NCBI GenBank assembly: GCA_023645945.1 | Contig: JALAIB010000043.1 | Coordinates: forward strand, 1 to 41,995 | Length of the DNA: 41,995 nucleotides | Direction: 5' to 3' | Origin: Diploschistes diacapsis | Lineage: Eukaryota | In this document: positions 34,802 through 41,995 of the stretch, in pieces | Layout of the letters: each line of letters starts with the position of its first letter | How positions within the stretch are numbered: position 1 is the first letter of the stretch | Position numbers and translations under genes: made by a program | Notes under the pieces: model-generated | What the model saw: the letters and a program-made list of their open reading frames with translations, nothing else | The model's database searches: none | What the model was told of the DNA's origin: nothing

Positions 34802-35080
34802 CGTCGAATGTGGAAGAGTCAGAGGGTGAAGAATGATCTTAGAGGGAGCTCTGGTATCGTTGTAGTTGGGGTAAGTTGTTTCGACCTGGGAAAATCTAGG
34901 CGGTGAATAATTCTGCCATATCTTCGGGATAAGCTTCCGCCCAACTTATCGCCCTCCAAGTTCTCTACCAGCTTCATGGAGTTTACATGGGTCAATTCGC
35001 ATTATTTCGTATGGATAGAGGCTTCTATTTGATTGGCATGGACTGAAGAAGTGACAGTCATCTTGCGTTCTGTGGACGTG

Positions 35081-35728
35081 ATGTCGTATCATTTCTGTAT
35101 AGTGGGCACAAAGGACAACCCGCTTTTTGAGCTGGAATTTGGGACTTCTAAGCAAGGTGGGGATGGGGTCGCTAGGTTTTCTACGGAAGCAAGGCAATTG
35201 AATCCATTCATTGTGCATGCAAGCTTAGATATTGTGGAAGAAGTGCAATGGCTAAACACTCAGATGTGGGAAGAATCTTGATGCTAATTGTTCATTTCCT
35301 GCTGACGAACACCAAGGTATCTTAAAAGAGTGGACCATTTCGCCTCTTCCCACATCTCCTGCTTCCTTACGCCAACCAACGTCAAATTCCTCTTGCTGCA
35401 CCTGCCACATCCTCCCAATACGCCACCGCCGACTCAAAGTACAGCAAAGAACCCATATCTGTTTTCCCCGTACGCGCCATATACGACGGGTGCGCCCTCT
35501 TCATCACTGCTTGCTCGGGCTTCAGCATCAACAGGAACAGGGACTGCCGCAACAATACCCACAAACCCCACGAGTCCACAAACGGAAGAAGCTCTTCGGT
35601 TGTTCTTTATCGAAGTGTATGAGGTTTGGGTGAAAGCGGTCATGAACCCATTCCAAGGCATAAATAAGGCCTTGTTGAGTCCAGTATTCAGAACCAGAGT
35701 ACTAAGTGCGGCTAAAAAGTTCCTCTAA
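35081..35728 (+). CDS. TRS20: TRAPP complex subunit Trs20 (sedlin), 198 aa; exons 35081-35265, 35317-35728
   Basis: MSYHFCIVGTKDNPLFELEF, FIVHASLDIVEEVQW, MYLKRVDHF after splicing, and FFIEVYEVWVKAVMNPF are sedlin signatures. Confidence 0.93.
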
Positions 35729-35788
35729 ATTATCCTCATTGAGACGGAGATTGTTGGCATACGCTTAGGCGCGACTGTGTTCCAGGAA

Positions 35789-36403
35789 TTACGCCCAGAC
35801 GGAGATTCCCAACCCAACTTCTTCGTCTTCTTCCAACACTGGCCATATTTCTTCATCAGGCTCTCTCCACGCTCTGGCCCGCTTGGAATGGCTTCGAACC
35901 ATCCTGTTGCCGTATGGTCTGCGCGAGGTTCGTCGTGCACGTCTGCCGCGTAGGGGTGGCGAGATAGAGATGGGAACTGATCGTGCAATCTCCTCCAGTT
36001 CCTCGGGAGAAGCTGGTCGCTTCAGGTTCGGTCGTGGGGTATCTGCATCTGGGCCCACAATATATGGTACGGCTGCTGGACTTGGGGCGTCCGGAGACCT
36101 TGAACGGAAATAGCGAACTTCCATTTTCTCGACCCACTTCTTCAGCTTCAAGATGGATTTCCCTGTCGGACTAGCTAGCAACCTGGCTTTATTGTGCGCC
36201 ATCCTCGGCGAGTGTGATCTTGACCGCAGGTCTGTGTCGATGTCTGCGTTCATGTGATCGATCATAGACCTAGCTGAGCCTGTATCTGAGATGAAGAAGG
36301 AGAAGGGATCTTCATCTATGTGCTTCCTGTGAGGGACATGTAGTTTGAATGGAGGCCAGGAGTGGTTTCGTCGGTGATGATTTGCGAGAGGTCGCATCGG
36401 CAT
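35789..36403 (-). CDS. Conserved hypothetical fungal protein (204 aa)
   Basis: Intact ATG ORF, Pro/Arg/Ser-rich, with motif-like EDPFSFFIS and RAWREPDEEIWPVLEE segments typical of a Pezizomycotina uncharacterised family. Confidence 0.7.
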   Translation of the reverse strand: MPMRPLANHHRRNHSWPPFKLHVPHRKHIDEDPFSFFISDTGSARSMIDHMNADIDTDLRSRSHSPRMAHNKARLLASPTGKSILKLKKWVEKMEVRYFRSRSPDAPSPAAVPYIVGPDADTPRPNLKRPASPEELEEIARSVPISISPPLRGRRARRTSRRPYGNRMVRSHSKRARAWREPDEEIWPVLEEDEEVGLGISVWA

Positions 36404-36890
36404 GATGGCGATGACTTATTTGTGAAAATAAAGACTGGATGGAGTGAGAGATCTCCTGTCAAACGAACGGATTGCTTAGCCTATAGATAAAGGGAAAAAA
36501 GGAATGGATGGTGAAAGACATCGACAAGCGGAAGTGGTGGAGTCACCAGAATCGATGGCTGTCTTATACCATGGTGCAGTTATCATTACTTTACAGCCTC
36601 GTGTTACAGGCTTGTACAGGCGAAATAACAGCATGATGGTAACCTTTGTCTAAACGATAGAAGCTCGTGACTACGAAGCTCAAATGATGGTGCCCGCCGC
36701 AGGCAACATCCTTCGGAAGGCAGCCGACAAAAGATCCAATTAATACATCGGATATGCATCTCAAATCCATAGCCCTGGGGCGACTCGTATACTACTTACG
36801 AATAGCCGGTGTGTGACTTGCAGAGTCTGACATGAAAGAGGAGTCATGTTGATAGATAGATAGATGGAAGCGCTTGTGACCAACGTCCGA

Positions 36891-36916
36891 GTATAGCAGT
36901 ATAGCAGTATAGCAGT
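36891..36916. repeat. (GTATAGCA)3 octamer tandem repeat
   Basis: gtatagcagtatagcagtatagcagt; a (GATA)n run lies nearby at 36851-36865. Confidence 0.85.
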
Positions 36917-37284
36917 GCGCCACAAGGTGGCGGAAACTTTTTAAAGTACATGCTATATGCGCCACATCCGCCTTGCCCTGGGCTCAAACACGCTTCTCCA
37001 TTGGATCTCCTGACCTCCAGGCACTTCCACATCCATCAATCAACTATAATCTACATACTATGCAGCACTATTCATTCCATTGTCCGAGTCCTGAAGAGAG
37101 CCACCAAAGAACTTTTGAACCCAAAGTAAGGAAAAAGAAACTTCCTCTGCTAACATGGTACTCAGAGCCTGGAAAACCCACAAACCCCTCAGACCCTACT
37201 AGCAAAACTTCTAAGACCCAACTGTCAAAGCCGAAACTCGATTGACGCTATTGCTAAAGTGCTTATTAAGGCTGGTACTAAGAC

Positions 37285-38224
37285 TTAGGTCGGCTGAGTC
37301 CTCAAACCTCGCTGCTGAAGATTCTCCAGGAGAGCAGCCTCTTCCTCGCCTAAAATTGAGTTGCATTAGAAAAAGGAATAAAAACTGCCAGCTGCACTTA
37401 CCTGGAGACAAGTCCTCCGCTTCACTATTCACATGGATTACCCGACTCAAAGTACTTTGCAGGTTCATCGCTCCGGTTGAAGCACTGCTGTCCGTAACTT
37501 CCATCTTCATGAGAGAAACTCGAAGCCGGTAGTTACCAGGATCTTGGATACGGAGGTTAGGAAATGATAGAAACCCAACCTCTTCTTCGTCAGATTCAGA
37601 ATCGCTGTCTAGCGTGTGAACCGAGTCGCTGAGATTGCCAGCAATCAAGTCATCTCTAGGTGGTGCAAGAGAGGTGGATCCATCTTCGGAAGTGATTGAA
37701 ATAAACGCGAAAAGGAGAGATGGGTCTGTGACGCTCTCGTCTTCGGCTTCCGTTTTGTCCAAGCGCACAACAATAGGAGGGTTCAGTATTCGCCCGGGTC
37801 GAACCTGCTGCGGAGGCTCTATAATAACGTGCATTTTGAAGCGCCTTCGATTCTCGCCGTTGAGTCCAGATAATGCCGGTACCTGATTATCTTCTTGTTC
37901 CTCCCCAGATGTTCTCCTAAACAAATCAGCATCTTCTTGATCATTCGAAAGTGGAATGACTTACGCTTGATACTGAAATTGGCCTAGGGATGAGGCTGGA
38001 TCTTGGAAGGCTTGCGTCGATGCTACTGTCTGTCCGAAGGTGTTGATGATTCCTTGAGGACCACTTCTTTCAGCGGCAATTCCTTCAAGCAATCTGGCTG
38101 ATCGACGTAGACTTAATTGCACGGCTCTCTCAAGCTCTCGAGTTCTTCGAGCTCGGCCAATGATCGATCTGGAGGCTTCCGAGGAGGCAGTATTTGATGA
38201 ACCTCTTTGTGGCCGACGGCGCAT
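37285..38224 (-). CDS. Velvet-domain-containing protein (divergent), 279 aa; exons 38224-37965, 37916-37402, 37349-37285
   Basis: Velvet-fold motifs IEPPQQVRPGRILNPPIVVRL, DLIAGNLSDSVH and GFLSFPNLRIQDPGNYRLRVSLMKM. Two GTAAGT..TAG introns (48 and 52 nt) give an 840-nt CDS. Confidence 0.8.
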
Positions 38225-40969
38225 GTACTGACCAAACTATGCAACGTTAGAGACCTAGAAGGATTCACGATAGCTTTCGAGCTGAGTAGAAGCATCCTAT
38301 GGTTGAATCTGGTCGCTTACATCGTGATGAGATTGAATCCTCCACGAACAGCGTTGCTCCAATTTATTTAGAGACCGCTGCCTTCTTTGGCAAGCACCAC
38401 CCACCACACGAGGCAGTCACAACGAGCGCCCTTGCTATAACCGCTGCGAAATAATGCAATTCTAAAGTGGTATCCGTGTCTCTCTATTTCCTTACAGACG
38501 GACAAGCACTGCGCAAAAGGATCATAGCAAGTTTCCCTCTTCTTTCGCGCTTTAGGACCTGGATAGGTGTTTCTTATATACATTTTGGTTCCTCGTTACT
38601 ATATCGTTCGTTTCTGTTCTCTTTCGTTGGCTTTGACCCTTTTTGTGATGCAACTGAAAGCTCTGACCCTATGTTTCCAAATACTTCAAAGTTGCCATCC
38701 ATCTGAGCAGACGTTTTTGGGCTCGCCTTGATGCTATGGCTGAGACTATTCTGTCGTATGATTCCTCACGTGGTGAAGTCGGCGACCAGTATGGAATCAG
38801 GGAACAAAACATCCCCGAGAGGGATGCGAGCGTCGGATACTCATGGTCAATGCCTCCGGGAGCTTCGACAAATACCTGCAAGATGGCGCTTTTGCCGCAA
38901 GATCAGATCACAGTGGGGACGCCGAATGCAGAAGAACAGCGTTATCAAAATGCGGAAGTTGCTCAATTTGAGCCCAGAAAGGGCTAAACGTAAGATCGTA
39001 CATAATAGCGCTAGGCGTTGCACATGGCAGACGTTGAAGATCTTGCCTACCGTGTCCTAGGCTGCCACGCCTTCCGGCCTGGGATTGGTAAACTGAATTT
39101 TGGATCTGTCAGGATGCTGCGACCTTAGTTCAGATACCATACTTAGGCCCTCTGTTGGTGCAAGCTATGCGCTGGGGCCGCAGTTTTTGGCATCGGCAAC
39201 CAACGGTACTTTACGTCTTACGCTGCTTGCGTCTGTCTGGCATTGTCACTCCTTCAAGATGTGGTGTCTGAGCGCAAATTAACCCGATCACGAGCGGAGA
39301 GAGAACAGGAGTGCTATGAATTGCTGTAGATTATCTTGTCGATCAAGACGCTAAAGTCTGCGACTTCTCGAAATGAGAGGCCACATGTTTCACAGCTCCA
39401 ACATCTCTTTGCCCTTTAGCCCGGACAGGCCTCCGCCGCTTTTCAAGCTCAACTCACCGATCAACCCAGGCCTAGGCGCAAAATGAGAAAGGAAACTGTA
39501 GACAATTGAGCTACTCAAATTACTCGAACATGACACAGTAGTCGACCAACTTTACCAATTGGCTTTGCTAAGCATTACCCGGGAAACACGCGGATACCGG
39601 GTAGCTGGATTGAGATGCTGAGGTAACTTCAACCTATCCCAACAGTTGCAGCGTGTCACATCTGGCTGTCCCGATCGGATGGCGCCCTTACTGTTCCGGC
39701 AGATTGTGGCGTTGGAGTCTAATCTGATCTCGATCTCTACTGAACCAATTATATGCTTTTGAACTACACCAGCAGATTGGATAGCATCAAAGACCCCTCA
39801 AAAACGCTTTTGGGTACTCTTTTGACTCCGAGGATGGAGCACTATTTTCTGCAAAGACAAACATCCGAGCAATGCCGCGTTGGCTCCAAGCTTAGCCACA
39901 CAGTCCGCGCTACCTCCATATAACAGGAAGAACTAGATAAACAAACTGAACTTGTTCAAGTGGATATTCAGGTTTTGGAAGGGCTCATGTTCCCCCGAAA
40001 ATAGTCAGACTCTTATTTGAACTACTAAAATTGCGATTCTGCTGGCCTTCATGACTGTCAGCGGGATATCGTTCATCTCTTTGAGACGATTTCCAAACTG
40101 GGAGAAAGAACTTGCAAACATACATTGCTAGATCGAGATCCATTGGAAGATGAGCTGTACGGAGGTAGCAAGATCATCTGTTGTCATGGGGGACCAGATT
40201 CGTCAATTGCCAAATCATGCGCTTTGATGGCAATTGATGGGTGGAGGGGGAACTTATAGTACGAAGTCTCTGACCCGCCGAGCTGACGCTGCAGGAATGC
40301 AAGATTGAATCTCAACCAATCGATCTTAACTACCTGGACCAAGTAGCACTCGTGGCATTCTATGTTGTGGCTCTTGCTGTCCCCACCTACGCACATATCG
40401 CTAGTGTATTGCCAGTGTGTACTACGACGGGCTAATTGCCATATGATGATCAGTATTGGCATAATGATGACCAGTCGAAGCCCTTGACTATTGGTCGCAT
40501 AAAAGGAGCAGAGGTATGGCTAATGGAAGATTCGCCGCCTTGCCCTTTGCGCTTTGTGACTGCACAACAGCACTCTTTGAGGAGTCTTTCAGCATTGGTT
40601 GGCATAATCAGGCTTTCCTTGGGTGCTTCTCAACGTATACTTTCTTGACAAATCTCATCGAACTAGACCTTACTCAATAGGATACATAGCCACCAACCCG
40701 GGTCGTGTTACCCACAAGCAATGCTTATCTAGGCCTCCATCGACATGCGAAATGTATTGAGTTCAGCACGAGATATCGGAAGTGATCCTAATGCGTTATC
40801 GACAAGGATAGGCTTGTACTTTGAAAACGTATTCAAGTTTTCCCCAGAACAACTTAATGCCTGTTAAACCCCAGCAGTTATGGCGCCAGACACCATGCTT
40901 TGCATCGTTTCCACAACGAAGCTTCATCGTAACCAGAACCTCGACACCATCCATCTCTATCATGTTGCA

Positions 40970-41526
40970 TCACGTCCCAACAAATAAGGAAGCCTGTCAT
41001 GAACCATCAGTATTCCCATCTTGCCAGAAAAATACAAGGAGAAATGATAGAGCCCGCAACCCAAAGCATGACCCTACCAACCCCATTTCCCTCTTTGCTA
41101 GCCCGCCCGTCCAATACACACAGACTACAAGCCCTGGACGTTACCATATAACCCGTCTGTTCCTCCCTATATCTCCCCCCCAGATAACCCCTTGATTTCC
41201 GCCCCGGCCCCATGCCCTCCACATGACCCGCGATCCCCAGCCCCAAATAAAAAAGAAACAGCAAAACACGAAACAACACTCACCGCCATAGCCACGCAGC
41301 ACAGACTGACATACGGACTCAGCCGCTCGCCGACGCGCGCGCTCTTCCAGAAGATGCCGAGCACGCCGTCCTTGCGGCTGTCGAGCATCGATGGCGCCAC
41401 GTTGTGCACGTATGTGCTCGTGCAGATGAGCAGGAGGATCACGAGGAGGAGGGATTGGAAGTTGAAGAGGGCGGACTGGGGGAGGTGGTTAATGGGCGGC
41501 TTGGAGGAGCTGGAAGGGCTTACCAT
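40970..41526 (-). CDS. KSH1: Protein Kish (TMEM167), 72 aa; exons 41526-41524, 41475-41284, 40993-40970
   Basis: Spliced MSALFNFQSLLLVILLLICTSTYVH...GIFWKSARVGERLSPYVSLCCVAMAASLFVGT*; ATG-only first coding exon; introns of 48 and 290 nt. Confidence 0.93.
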
Positions 41527-41896
41527 TGTTTGGTGGAGAGTCGGTTCGGGTGAGGGAAACTATTGGGAGCTGTCGAGGAGTGAAAACGGCGTAGAAGCTG
41601 CTGCTCTTTTTGCAATGGATCGTACTTTGGTAGTTGCAAACTCACAGGCAGATCGCGGTTACTTTCCTGAACCAGAGATCGGGGACAGCTTTTGGAGATC
41701 TGGTTCGGCTGTAAGAGCTTCAGAAGCGCTTAACTCCGCTGAACCATTCCCCAATGAACAACATTTAGCTGCTGTAAACGTGCGATCTGTCTTCGTACAG
41801 AGGACAACTACTTTTAAAAAACATCCACGACCTTCAAATGCCAGCAGTGGTCCCAAAATCCCTCCAGACCGACTGTCCCTCAAACGTCGCCTCAGA

Positions 41897-41957
41897 ATGG
41901 CCGAAGTCCGCGCCCGCGCCGCGCGCCACAAGGGCCAGCTCAACTTCGAATCAGACA
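41897..41957 (+). CDS. TAF13: First exon of probable TFIID subunit Taf13 (continues beyond the window)
   Basis: MAEVRARAARHKGQLNFESD followed by a GTCCGT donor at 41958 and a pyrimidine-rich intron; matches my recollection of filamentous-ascomycete Taf13 N-termini. Confidence 0.7.
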
Positions 41958-41995
41958 GTCCGTCCCTTCATCCTCTTCCTCCCCCCCCCCTTTCC

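Noticed and set aside
38700..40700. Scattered short ORFs between the velvet gene and KSH1
   Set aside because: Fragments look vaguely protein-like, but no consistent frame, family or splice model could be built.
1..41995. tRNA, rRNA, TPP riboswitch, CRISPR array, intact transposon, TGA-CTA readthrough/PTS1 signals
   Set aside because: Looked for by eye and none found; the stop-codon contexts of the annotated genes lack the readthrough motif. A tool-based scan could still find divergent ncRNAs.

Overview
Eukaryotic DNA from a filamentous ascomycete (Pezizomycotina-type: mostly short GT-AG introns with CTRAY-like branch points). I reconstructed these genes by hand: a minus-strand HeLo + pseudokinase + trypsin-like (Ssy5/S64-type) protease fusion; a TALE/KN homeobox transcription factor; a 1576-aa She10-like ER protein ending in KDEL; the Doa10/Ssm4 RING-CH E3 ligase; a six-exon LaeA-like SAM methyltransferase; MRPL31; TRS20; a conserved hypothetical gene; a divergent velvet-domain gene; KSH1 (Kish); and the first exon of a probable TAF13. 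Two long gene-poor tracts lie at about 4.6-11.6 kb and 12.8-18.5 kb. The first holds a dense, TpA-rich microsatellite block. No tRNA, rRNA, CRISPR array or intact transposon was recognised. The best candidate for an under-described system is the HeLo-pseudokinase-protease protein, which resembles an MLKL-like cell-death module carrying its own protease. All family assignments come from motif recognition, not database searches.
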